Below are positions 12,890 to 26,130 of a DNA stretch of 64,000 bases, one piece after another. The position numbers were made by a program, and so were the translations under genes. Each line of letters starts with the position of its first letter. Positions within the stretch are counted from its first letter, which is position 1. Source of the stretch: Octopus sinensis (Eukaryota); contig NC_043004.1 in the NCBI RefSeq assembly GCF_006345805.1, forward strand, positions 49,972,001 through 50,036,000, given 5' to 3'. The notes under the pieces are model-generated. The model was given only the letters and a program-made list of their open reading frames with translations, was not told the DNA's origin and searched no databases.

Positions 12890-14120
12890 GCACGAACTCA
12901 TCGACAGATATATAACTATATACGGTTGCGTATACCGTCTAAGAATCCATAAATCAGAAAAAATGCGCTCGTATGCTTGTCAGTTGAGTGGGTATATTAT
13001 TCGAAGTATACAGTATCATATATCCATTACAACCGATCTTACCGATCGGTTTCGCACTAGAGGTTTCGATGGAGTGTTAGGTAACAATCTGATTATAAAA
13101 CCCCGTCCGCTTCAGAGGTGGCAGTTATGGAATGAAATATGGCAACTGATCTCTGTTATTAGAGGTGAACAGACATATCCGGTGTATGGTTGATGTGAAA
13201 AAGAGGAAACGAACCGAGCAAGGGTTAGGTTAAGAGTGATGTCCCTTGATACCAAAACACCATCTCTGGAGTTGTTGCAAGGCGACAACAGTTTTCTGGA
13301 AAAGAGTGTATGGGAAAGGTGTGTATGTTTTAGGGTAAGAGTTTTTGTAGAAATGGCCGCATATACATCTGTGCGCGTTAGTGTGTGTTTTTTTTCTTTT
13401 ATGTTTTGGTTAAAACTTTGGTTAAATTCTTTGGGGCATTTATGTATGCATGGAACTGTGTGTAGGGATACAATAAGTGTAGGGGCTTATATTGGAGGAG
13501 GTGAAAAAGGGTCTATTGAGTGAATGTCCGCCGTGTTAGAGCATGTGTGTTTGTGAGTGCGTTTGTGTATGTTCTGGTCAAACACTCTTCCGGATTCCCA
13601 GGTATTGATGGGAGAAGAGTTGAAGCTGGGGGATTGGTGTTTATAGCTACAATGGGGCACGCAGGTATGACAGGATGTACTTTCTTTCGTATGGGCAGAG
13701 ATTAAAAATTTCACTTCTGCTGTTCAGGTAGATTCCTGGATGCTGAGAGCTCCTTAATATCGCTCTTTTCTCAGCCAGGCATTTCCTGCACTTCCCGTTG
13801 CAATTAAAGTATGCTTTGCATTTCTCTAAAATCCTCCACTTTATGATGTACTCGTCAGCGCTTTCTTTCAATGACCATACGTGCTTGACCAGGGTTATGG
13901 CGTTAGATCTCCCCAAGCATGACTTGTGGTTCTGATAGCGGATCCTGAAGAGGCCTTCAGTTGTTCCTACGTACTTTCGTACGTTTAGTTGCCTATTTAA
14001 TCCGATTACTGTTACCTTTACTTCGTTTACGACGATTTCCGTATTACAGTAGCCGTTCAGCGGACATGTTGTGAAACTCCTACATGAGCATGTTACTTCT
14101 GTCTCACAGAGCTCTGGCAC
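12890..14120 (-). mobile_element. Penelope-like 3' fragment (GIY-YIG and terminal repeat)
   Basis: ORF 13647-14120: CSCRSFTTCPLNGYC...KYVGTTEGLFRIRYQNHKSCL...CRKCLAEK...LNSRSEIFNLCPYERKY. A hammerhead-like motif follows downstream. Confidence 0.85.
13033..13121 (-). ncRNA. Degenerate hammerhead motif downstream of a Penelope GIY-YIG ORF
   Basis: Minus strand: ccacct-CTGAAGC-GGAC...GTGC-GAAAC-CGATCG-GTA-agatcgg. Perfect palindrome ACCGATCGGT; core A9 changed to C. Confidence 0.5.
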
Positions 14121-14479
14121 ATGATACAGTGTGTCGTGTTCCGCAGCTCACGAACTGACGTACAGTCTTTGGAACAGGTATGTCAACAGTACAACCATAC
14201 TTTTCTGGTATATAAACTCAAGATAAGTCCAAGCATTTCAAACTTTGTCCAAGTATTTCAAACTGTCCAAGCTTCCTTAAATTCGTAATATAAATGTCGA
14301 TCTTCGTGTTATTTGCTGGTAAAACTTTCTGAAATTATATTCGCTGCGCCTTATAATTTGCCACGGCTTCTTCCTTTAACACTACTTTTTAACCCACCTC
14401 ATCACCTCATCATGAAACGGTTTGGTTACTCTGTAAAACATATAGATACTATACTTGAAACAAATGTCACAGATGCAGA

Positions 14480-14810
14480 ACAGAAAAGGCTGAAATTGAA
14501 CCTGGCAAACTAAACATTATATGGAATTTTGATAGCCCAACAAGCAGCAATTGAACACGTGATATAAAAAAGAGAATATCACATAACAGAAGTCACAATT
14601 TCTTCAGACTAAGACATTGTAAAGCAGTAAAAAGATCTCGATACAAGCTCAAATAAAAGTAGAAGTCTACAAAATGTGGGGATATCGAGAAGCAAAATAA
14701 GAATAGAACAGAACCAGTTATCATCGGGGCATTAGATTGAATTTACACTTAAGAGACGGAAAAATTTTGCTTTCAAAGAAAATATTTGAAGCCTTGAGAA
14801 AGAATAAAAA
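14480..14810 (+). mobile_element. Old RLE-LINE 3' remnant
   Basis: KMWG...EPVIIGAL remnant at 14670-14735. Confidence 0.5.
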
Positions 14811-14989
14811 TTGAAAACGAAAAGCAAACAAAACAAAACAAAAACAGTTAAACAAAGCAGAAGGTCAAACAATTCCCCAGAGAATTAATAGAAAGGCAGA
14901 GAAAAGGAAAACACTCCTGAATAAAATTGCAATTGATGTATTTATGTAGGTTGCATGTATGTATCTTTGTGTGTGTCTGTGTGTGTGTG

Positions 14990-15029
<40 letters not shown>

Positions 15030-15577
15030 ATAAGAGAGAGAGAGAAGAAGAAGAAGAGAGAGAGAGAGAGAAAGAGAGAGAAAGAGAGAGTGAGAAAAGA
15101 AAAGAGAGAAAGGGACAGAGAGTGTGTGAGAGTTTAAGTATGAATGTATATAAAGATACATAAAGATAAAAAGAAGTTATTGTCTCTAGTTCAAATTCGT
15201 TCTCAATGCATGACACGCAATGAACCTGGATTGACCCCTTGCTATTAAGACTCTTCATTAAAAATACTGAAATTGATTTATAAATTTACTGGACTTTATT
15301 TTCAACTTGGTTAAAACTTTTCAAAACAACACTATACTTCAAAAATAACAGTATACTATACTTTCGCGTAAATATCTATTTAATAACCCCCTTATAACAT
15401 TCTGTATTTACATTTGGTATCACCGTACGCTGTCAGTAATATGCACAATACATGTACAGTGTAATTAGTGAGAGAATATTTTTAAAAAAAATTAAATGAT
15501 AGCATTGTAGTTGCGGGTGGGATCCTTTGTCTCCTGGCAACCAGTATTTTTAGACCCAGTCTGCTACAGTATACACA

Positions 15578-15661
<84 letters not shown>

Positions 15662-17204
15662 CTGCTAGGTTCGGTTGTTCTACATTGATATGGGACAAAT
15701 ACCCTGAAACTAGTCTGCAGATGCCTGACCAGCAAGGGGAAGCGGCTGACCTCCCCTGTTCGAAGGGTGTAATGGACACAGGTTCGTGTGTCACATAGCT
15801 AGCTAGAGGCGATGGCCTCTTGGAGCTATTCAACAGCAGCATTTGTCCTATATTTCTGGGCTGCCATATTAGCTTGGCGATAACTACTAATATATATACA
15901 TACATACACACTGTGTGATAAAATATAAAAATAAAGAACATTATAATTATAAATATGATTTAAAATTTTGGCACAAGGCCTGGAATTTCGGGTGAGGGAT
16001 TAAGTCGATTATATCAACCCCAGTATTCAACTGGTACTTAGTTTATCAACCCCGAAAGGTGTGAAAGGCAAAGCGGACTCGAAACACAAAGACCGACGAA
16101 ATGTTACTAAGCATTGAGCGCAGCGTGCTAACAATTCTGCGAACTTGCCGCCTCAGTAACAAGTTCAATAGCTGATAGGACATTACAAAAGACAAATTAA
16201 AAAAGAGTATTGAGATGAGGAGAAGTCCATAAAAACAGATATGAGATCAGGTATACTCTTTTACTTGTTTCAGTCATTTGACTGCGGCCATGCTGGAGCA
16301 CCGCCTTCAGACGAGCAAATCGACCCCGGGACTTATTCTTTGTAAGCCCAGTACTTATTCTATCGGTCTCTTTTGCCGAACCGCTAAGTGACGGGGACGT
16401 AAACACACCAGCATCGGTTGTCAAGCAATGCTAGAGGGACAAACACAGACACACAAACATATACATACACATACATACATATATATACATATATACGACA
16501 GGTATGATAAAAAATATTATAAAAACAAATTAAATGAAACATTCCAATATGCGGACAGATGCTTGACGTTAAAATCAGAATCTCGCAAGTCCTGGCAAAC
16601 GTTAAGATGGGGAAAAACTTAAATAAATAAAAATCGCTGATACCATGATATATAAAGAGATATAAAGAGATGAGAGAGTTAAAGCAGACTAGGAAATACC
16701 ATAGAATTGATGAACTATACAGTACAACTCGCACAAATGAAAGAAAAGATTAGGAAAAATATTAAAGACACTAATTAATATTAATATTTAAAACAGAGCT
16801 AAAGGCGATAGGTAATAATACTCTAATTGTTGTAGTAATTAGCTGTGGTTATGATAGTGTAATATTCTCAAATGTATGCAAATCGAATTTGAAAGAACAA
16901 TCAGAAAAACGAGTAAAATAACAATTGTATTGAGAATACACCACTCAAAACCCAACACAGAACGATTACATCACTAATACAGGATCTTCTGCAATTGGAA
17001 AACGATAATAAAATATAGGAGTGGCTGTGTGGTAAGTAGCTTGCTAACCAACCACATGGTTCCGGGTTCAGTCCCACTGCGTGGCATCTTGGGCAAGTGT
17101 CTTCTGCTATAGCCCCGGGCCGACCAATACATTGTGAGTGGATTTGGTAGACGGAAACTGAAAGAAGCCTGTCGTATATATGTATATATATGTATATATG
17201 TGTA

Positions 17205-17252
<48 letters not shown>

Positions 17253-17479
17253 TCCCCCTAGCATTGCTTGACAACCGATGCTGGTGTGTTTACGTCCCCG
17301 TAACTTAGCGGTTCGGCAAAAGAGACCGATAGAATAAGTACTGGGCTTACAAAGAATAAGTCCCGGGGTCGATTTGCTCGACTGAAGGCGGTGCTCCAGC
17401 ATGGCCGCAGTCAACTGACTGAAACAAGTAAAAGAGTAAAAGAGAGAGTAAAGAGTATACCGTAGAAGTTCAAAGCATA

Positions 17480-17722
17480 TTGGGTTGGTGCATAATTATT
17501 GAGGCTTTTTTTTAAAACAAATTTTATTCAACAAAAACAATAACAACAACATGTAACAAAAACATCGTTAGATGATTATTCCGGAGCATATTCACCATCT
17601 ACTTCAATTACTGCTTCCCATTTGCTTGGCAGGCGGTCAGACCGTCATTTAAAGATGTTTTTGTTAAATATTGTTATTATTTTTGTTGAATAAAAAGTCG
17701 CAATAATTATGCACCAATCCAA
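17480..17722. mobile_element. Mariner-derived MITE
   Basis: TIRs ttgggttggtgcataattattg / caataattatgcaccaatccaa with TA target-site duplication (TSD). The empty site is visible in the paralogous intron near 42465. Confidence 0.85.
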
Positions 17723-18191
17723 TATATAGAGGAAAGTGAAACTTACAAATAGCTGCATTATCACAACGAAAAACTGTTGTCTTTGTTCTGGGAAGCCAAA
17801 AAATATAATTTAGAAATTAAGATAACAGAGAACAGTTACGAAGGTGGAGAAACAACAGAAATTATCAACATCTGAAAACGGCGTCGAAAATCGGTTAACA
17901 GGATGTTAAGACGATTACAAGATAAAATCCTCCATAAGCAAAATCATACAAGACTAAATAAAGCAGAAGTATCGACTGAAAGGCAAAATATTAAAACTGA
18001 AAACTAATGGATTACTTATTGACACAAGACCAAAACTTCCCATCTGAACAACCAGGATCATATGATGGTTTCTAATTTTGGCAAACAGCCAACTTTTCTC
18101 GAGGAAGGGTAAGTCGGTTAGATCGACCCTAACGTTCAACTAATACATATAGTTGCCATTTGCGTATATACGTATACATATGCATATGTAA

Positions 18192-18272
<81 letters not shown>

Positions 18273-18794
18273 TATGATATATATATACCTGAATAGATAT
18301 ATGAATATATATGAATATATATATATATATGTATATTAATATATATATACATGAGAGAAAGAGAGAGAGAGATGCGTGTATATAATATTTACGTACACAC
18401 GCGCACACACATACACACACACGTATATATACCTACGTGTGTGTGTGTGTACAAAGATATAGAAAATATCGCGATCATAAAATTTGTACAATTTGGCTAA
18501 TTTAACAGCGTATATATCCGACCGCCTTTTCCTAACTATTATACTGTCCACACCATGACTCCGTTCTAAACCATTTATCCGTAGAAAGTTTTTGTAATTA
18601 TAACCTTAATTGAACCACTTTTGCTCTTAGACATGGCGCTTCATTATTCCTTTTTGACATGTTTTCTCTTAATTTGACTGATAACATAAAAATACTACCC
18701 TACCCCTTAAATGGTATAGAAAGAATTTTCTCTTAAGTTCACACACATTTGTTTCCTCGCTCTATCAACCAACCAAGTTTGGTATGTACGAGCA

Positions 18795-19105
18795 ATCCGT
18801 CGGTTACGACGTCGAGGGTCCCAGCTCAACGGAACAGCCTGCTCGGGAAATTAACGTGCAAGTGGCTGAGAATTCCACAGACACGCGTACCCCTAACGTG
18901 GTTCTCAGGGAGATTCAGCATGACATAGAGTGTGACGAGGCTGGCCCTTCGAAATGTAGGTACTATTCATTTTTGCCAGCTGAGTGGACTGGAGCAGCGT
19001 GAAATAAAGTGTCTTGCTCAAGGACACAACGCGTCGCCGGGAATCGAACTCACGACCTTACAATCGTGAGCCGAAAGCCCTAACCACTAAGCCACGCGCC
19101 TTCAC
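18795..19105 (-). mobile_element. tRNA-derived SINE family D (partial head also at 59165-59310+)
   Basis: gtggcttagtggtt...gagttcgattccc head; 11-bp direct repeat tttggtatgta at 18778-18788 and 19128-19138. Confidence 0.85.
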
Positions 19106-19495
19106 AAGTAAAGAGATAGGGCAGAAATTTTGGTATGTAATAATATATTATATGATATAATATATTCCTCTGTAGGTTTCAACTCTGTCATGCATTTAAC
19201 TCTATAATGTATTCGTTTACGTAACGATTATCGTACAACTTTGTCGTGTTTGTTAAGGAAAAACAAGCTTAAGTAATTTACGTTGTTGTAATAAAAACAC
19301 TTAAGCAAACTCTCCTGTTTCATTCTACTCCTGTGTGGTAAGGAGCTTGCTTCTCAACCACCACATGGCTCCAGATTCAGTCCTACTGCATGGCACCTTG
19401 GGAAAATGTCTTCTTATATGGCCTCGGGCTGACCAAAGCCTTGTGAGTAGATTTGGTAGACGAAAACCGAAAGGAGCCCATCGTATATGTATATA

Positions 19496-19538
<43 letters not shown>

Positions 19539-19616
19539 TAAGGGTAGAAATTGATATTTATCAATTAGGACCAGTGGTCTAGCATATTCAAAAAGAATCC
19601 GAAGATTAAAATATTT

Positions 19617-19827
19617 ATATATACCAATTAAGAACTGAACACGAAAAGTGGACAGTCAACATGCTAGATATAGACGTCAAATCGCCATTCACCACAAAAG
19701 ATTATGTTCTCAGATCAAACTGAGTTTGATCTGAGAACATAATCTTTTGTGGTGAATGGCGATTTGACGTCTATATCTAGCATGTTGACTGTCCACTTTT
19801 CGTGTTCAGTCCTTAATTGGTATATAT
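19617..19827. repeat. Near-perfect palindrome, about 100-bp arms with a 3-nt spacer
   Basis: 19621-19720 is the reverse complement of 19724-19823 with one mismatch; spacer tga. Confidence 0.95.
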
Positions 19828-20062
19828 ATATATAATATATAGATATATATATATTATATATATATATATATAGGGAGAGTTTACGAAAAAAACCCAAAAA
19901 AGACGAAGACAGGTGGTGTACAAAACAAACAGGTGTATTAGTATAACGCTCAGGAATAGAAAAAGTCTTTTACGTTTCGAGCCTACGCTCTTCTACGAAA
20001 GGGACACAGAAAAAAACAAGGAGAGAAAAATTGTGTAGTGGCTAACGATCTATCATGGCGAC

Positions 20063-20112
<50 letters not shown>

Positions 20113-20163
20113 ATAATGTGTATGTATATATATATAATGTATATATATATATAATATATTATA

Positions 20164-20218
<55 letters not shown>

Positions 20219-21326
20219 GTATGTATGTATATTTTATGTGTCTCTGTCTCTGTTTCTGTGTTTGTCCCCGCATCATCGCTTGACAACCGATGTTAATGTG
20301 TTTACGTCTCCCGGAACTTAGTGTTTCGGCAAAAGTGACCGATAGAATAAGTACTAAGCTTTACAAAGGATAAGTCCTGGGGTCGATTTCTTCAACTAAA
20401 GCCCTTTAAGGCGGTGTCCCAGCATGGTTGCAGCCAAATGACTGAAACAAGTAAAAGACTAAAAGAACAGATATATGCACGCGCACACACAGGCACACAC
20501 ATGTAAAGAGAGAGAGAAGGGAGCAGAGAGAGAGGAAGAGAGAGAGAGAGAGAGAAAAGATAGAGAGAGGAACAGAGAGGGAGAGAGGAAAAGAGAGAGA
20601 TGGGACAGAAAGATAAGACATATAAAGAAATAGGACAGAAAGGGAGAGGGATAGAGAGAGAAGGGAGAGGGAAAGGGAGAGAGAGGACAGAAAGATTGGA
20701 CATGTAAAGAGATAGGACAGAAAGAGAGAGTGAAAGGGAGAAATAGGGAGAAGATGTAGAGAGAGAGAGAGAGAGAGAGAAACACAGGTATATCAAATAT
20801 CATGTAGCATAAATTCTTGATACGTCTAGGGAGACTCATTACGCCAGTATAAATAACACACACATTTATGATTTGTGAATTGGTCAAATATCCGATTGCT
20901 TTGTTTTTGTTTGTTATTGAAAAGGTTGCAAGTAGCAACGAAATAACTTTAACAAACAAAAGCAAAACAATCGGTTATTTAACCAACTAACTACTAGTAA
21001 TAAATGAGTGGAATTGAAACAGTGTTAATTAAATTGGCATAGTGATTCTCTCTAGACACAATAAAATTTGTTTCAACACACGAATTCACATAAAGAATCT
21101 TGCAAGTCAGATACAAAAACGAAATATGTTCTTGATTTATTCAAATTATCTATCTCTAGAGGATGTGTCACAATTATCAAATGGCAACTGAGACCAGGTC
21201 CATATGAGAAGGGGAGATAGTTGACATACCATATGACTTAACAGCTAAGGTTTTCAAATACACACGTACAAATACAAATACAAATACACACACACAAATA
21301 TATACATACATACATACATACATACA

Positions 21327-21404
<78 letters not shown>

Positions 21405-21457
21405 CATATATACATTCATAATCTTACAATTGTTGTAAGTGGGGCAAAATGACTCAC

Positions 21458-22598
21458 CTTTGTATTGTTCTGTGCAGTTCGAAGAAGGCGTAAAATTGCC
21501 TGGACACTCGCAATATTCTTCATATCGTAACAAAATACAATTGCCAATTGTGCAGTTCCTGTGACAAGGCTCAGTGCATAGATCTCCTGTCCACTGTGGT
21601 TTGCAACTACAGTACATATCTCCGTCATTCCCAAGCACACATATACCATTGGCACATAGATCACACATGTACTGTTCTCCGTCACTTAACTTACGGCACT
21701 GCAAACTATTGTTGTATTTCACACACGTTTCATCGCTTCCACAATGAGTCGAATTCACGGTACAGATTTTGGGTGAAACAGTTGGAGATTCAGAGGTCCC
21801 GTTGTTGTTGGTGGTGTTGTTGCTGTTGTTGTTGTTGTCGTCAGTGTTGTTATTGTTGACCATACGGCATTTGTATATTCTACCATTACCTTCACGAATG
21901 CACTTTTTACCGTTTTTACATGCTTTCCACAGCGGGTGGCAGGTCGCCGCTTTAACAATCAAATCCACTGTTTTGTTAAAGGTTATGATTTTGGGGTTGA
22001 AGCTTCCGTCGTTGTGGTTACTCTCATTTCTGTTGTTGTTGCTGCTGTCATTGATGATGCTGACGGTAGTGCTCTTGTTCGTGTTGTCATTCTTGCTGCT
22101 GTTGCTGCTGTTGTTGTTGTTGATGATGATGATACCATTGGAGTTATTACTGTAGCTTTCGTTGTTGTCAGTGATGCTGATGTTGCTGCTGCTAGTGTTG
22201 CTGTTGTTGATGATGCTAGCATCGATAGCATCGCTGCTGCTATTGCTGTTGGTAATGTTCTTGATGTCGTCAGTATTGTTGTTGGCGATGGTGACGTTCG
22301 TATTCATCTCGTTGTTGTTGCTGTTATTGCCGTCAGTGTTGTTATTGTTGACCAAACGGCATTTGTATATTCTATCATTACTGTCACGAATGCACTTTTT
22401 GCCGTTTTTACACGCATTCCACACCGGGTGGCAGGTCGCCGCTTTAACAATTAAATCCACTGTTTTGTTAAAGGTTATGATTTTGGGGTTGACGTTACTG
22501 ACGATATTTCTTTTGTTGACGATGAAGCTGCTAGTTTCGATATGTATCACACTTGCCATCAATGTGACAATATATAACAGAACAGTTGCTTCCTTCAT
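21458..22598 (-). CDS. EGF-TM-TIR receptor gene A, coding exon 1 (signal peptide, three 4-Cys modules, Asn-rich stalk, two EGF-like domains)
   Basis: ORF MKEATVLLYIVTLMASVIHIETS (signal-peptide-like). EGF-like patterns CDLCANGICVLGNDGDMYCSCKPQWTGDLC and CHRNCTIGNCILLRYEEYCECPGNFTPSSNC. Strong phase-1 donor AAAG|gtgagt at 21458/21457; the rest of the listed ORF is read-through into microsatellite. Confidence 0.9.
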
Positions 22599-22929
22599 AG
22601 TTTCTTTTACAGATATGATGCTACGTTGCTGCGATGTTGCTGGGTCAAGTGTACAACAGAGAATGAAGTGAGATTAACATCAGATCCCGGTGCCAACTTA
22701 TTAATGGAGCACTTCTCAATACAAAAATCACCAGATTACACTGAAAAACACAAAAGATACACGATTCATATTGATGGTGGAGCGGGGTGGTGATGGGATG
22801 GCGGTGTTGGGCTGGCTGACACACACACAGATACACACACACACACACATAAACACATATACTCGCTGCTACATATTGAACAGAAAGGGTACCGAAAGAG
22901 GAGCCTGGGTACAACGGATCAGCTCTTAA

Positions 22930-24234
22930 TCGATAATTAAATTATCAGAAACTGCAAGAGAAGACATACAAACCTGAGCATCGAAAAGCATACGATATGA
23001 TAACACACACCTGGATGATAAAAACAATGGCAATATATGGAGTAGCAGCACAAAAAGTGAGACAGAACTGGACAGCCTAGTCCAGACTGCGGATTTCTCT
23101 GGTGTTATTAAGATGGAGTTTGGGTTCTCAAAATGTGCTACGATGGTGATGAGACGAGGAAAGCTTGTCAGGACAGAAGGCATAATTTTATGAAGTGGTG
23201 AAATGATTAAGGCAATTCAACCTTAATCCAGCTATAAATACCTGGGCATACTTAAGCCAGATGGAATTAAACACGACGACATGAAGAAAAAGACAAAAAG
23301 AGAGTACCTGCGGCGATTGAGAAAAATACTGACTTCAAAGCTGACTACCAGAAACATAATTTCGGAAATAAGACTTGCACGCAGTCGCAGTAGTACGGTC
23401 TGGCGCAGGAATCCTGAAGTGGACAGAGGATGAGCTAAAGGAGATGGACAGGAAGTCAAGAAAGTTCCTAACGATGCATGGAGCCCATCATCCACGTGCA
23501 GACACTGATCACCTATACATGAAGAGAGCAACTGGAAGAAGAGGACTGACAAGTGTGGAATACTGTGTACGTATCGAACTCGAGAGCTCAATGAAATACC
23601 TAACCCAAAGTAAGGAAAACTTTCTAGTGAGCTTTGAAAGCATTGAAAGCAGAAAAAAGGGAGCATTGAAAGCAGAAAAAAAAAAATGAAAAACAGAGGA
23701 AGAAGTACAAAAAGGATACGAAGAAGAGTTACACAACAAGGGATTACACAATCAATTTCATGTAGCCACAACGGAATTTGCTGAAAAAAGTAGATGGGAT
23801 AAGCTGAAAAAAATCCCGAGAGCACTATTCTGCCAGCGCAAGACCAGGCTTTGGCCACGAACTGGAGGTTTAATCTGAGGAAGGAACAAGTGATTTCGCT
23901 GTGTCGCTTCTTTAATAGAGTCGATGAAACCATTGCCCATATCACAAATGAATACCGTAGACTTGCCCAAAACCACCACAGTGCCAATTATTGTTGGGTC
24001 CTTGGGAGCAGTATCAGAAGGCATCAAGAGGAATATCAAGGAAATTGGAATAGAGTGCCTAGTAGAACTGTTAGAAAAGGTTTACTTGCTTGGCACGACG
24101 AGAATAATCAGGAAAATATCAGATAGCAGAAAAGAATGAGTAGCATGGTACCGTAGGTTGCAGGTAGCAAGCCCGCTTCGCATGCAAGACTCCAGGAACT
24201 CAAACAAAACCTGTGATAAAGTGAGAATATAAAT

Positions 24235-24235
<1 letters not shown>
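22930..24235 (+). mobile_element. 5'-truncated RLE-type LINE (R4/Dong-like)
   Basis: MEFGFSKCA, SYKYLGI, zinc-knuckle remnant LCRFFNRVDETIAHI, VPIIVGSLG. Ends in (AAC)n(AAT)n at 24236-24327. Confidence 0.8.
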
Positions 24236-24328
<93 letters not shown>

Positions 24329-24483
24329 GTTTCAAATTGTGCTACAGGAGCAGCCGTTTTGGGGGAGGGATGAGTGTTATCGACCCTGAAAGGCGATGTC
24401 GACCTCGGCGGAATTTGAGCTCAGAACGTAGCGACGGGCGAATTACCGCTAAGCGTGCTAACGATTCTGCCAGTTCGCTGACT

Positions 24484-24541
<58 letters not shown>

Positions 24542-24834
24542 TAATAATAATAATAATAATCTTTTCTACTATAGGCACAAGGCCTGAAATTTTGGGGAAA
24601 GTGGCCAGTCAATTAGATCGACTCCAGTACGCAACTGGTACTTAATTTATCGACTCTGAAAGGATGAAAACCAAAGTCGACCCCGGCGGCATTTGAACTG
24701 AGAACATAAAGATAGGGGTATTAGGTTTGCCCCCGTTTGTAAAACCAAATGTGAGTATTTATCAGATAGGCTAAATTTCTTTTCGGTATCCAAACAATTG
24801 TGTGTGTGTGTGTGTGTTACGTGTGTGAGTGTGT

Positions 24835-24909
<75 letters not shown>

Positions 24910-26130
24910 GTGCGCGCGTACGTGCGTGTGTGTTGAGTATGTGTGTTGAATATTTGTGAAATAATGTGTAGAAAAATATGGGGAAAATGTTACCTGGCCC
25001 TTCAACAGGGGTAAACGTAATACCAGCCCGTCGCCATACTGTCTGTGTACACTAGGACATCGTTGTAATATCAGCCACTTCAAATTGTTGGTCTTTTCTT
25101 TCTCTTATCCTTTTGTTGTATAACTTTTCTCACTTGATGTTTAACCCACGTCAGTCTTAATACTAACGACCAATACTCAAGGACATTCAAACAGTTACCG
25201 CTTTTTTTTTAGAGCTATCAAAGACTGTGTTAAAATATGTTAGAATGAATGATTTAAGGGAGATTTAGCTATTTTCTGACAATCGAGTGACTTCGGTATT
25301 GTTTCCTTCCCAGACTCGCTCCCCTCTTTCTTAGAGGTGTTGATATTGTCGCTGTTTCTACTTTTACTGATGGTGATAAAAACAATGATGGTAGTAATCA
25401 TAGTGTTGACTCACCCCACCCTTGCTCTCCCTTTTTTCCCTGTCTTTCGCTGTCTCCTTGTTTCTTCCCATGTATTATGCATGTATGTATGTATGTATGT
25501 ATGTATGTATGTGTGTGAGTGTGTATTTATACATACACCTACACACATACATACACACAATGAGTGCAAATAAATAGATTGGAGAAAGAGGAGAGGGAGA
25601 TAAATAAATAGATAGAATGAGAGAGAGAGTGAGTGAGAGAGAGAGAATGAGTGAGTGAGAGAGAGAGAGAGAGTTACGACAAATAATTTGAGTTGTAACA
25701 ACAGGTTTTTGTAAACGGCTTGATGACTGGTTAAGACACAGGTGCGCGAATGTGTATGCGTACGGGGTGCGCTGGTATGTGTGTATGTGTGAGCATGTGT
25801 GTGCTTGTGCGTATGTGGAGATGTTGATGATTGTTTGTGATAAAAGGTGTGTTAATGGACGTGTGAATATATGGTTGGGAATATTAAGAATATTATTTTG
25901 AATTCGGTCATGAGAATGTGTATATGTATACGTAAATGCAAATCGGTAACTCATATGAATTGATTGTATACACATTCCGGGAGGAATAAAAAAAGATCAG
26001 CAAAGTACAAGTGAACTATACATTGCAGAATCAGTAAACATTTATGTGGTCGCTCGACCAGGTAAAAATAGCAACCAAATCCTCCTTAAATCCTACCGTG
26101 CTGTCTTTCTAAACAAGACATTTTCGATAA

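Noticed and set aside
21548-22671. Several overlapping ORFs on both strands with poly-L, poly-V or poly-T runs
   Set aside because: Shadow frames of the (AAC)n-rich gene A exon 1.
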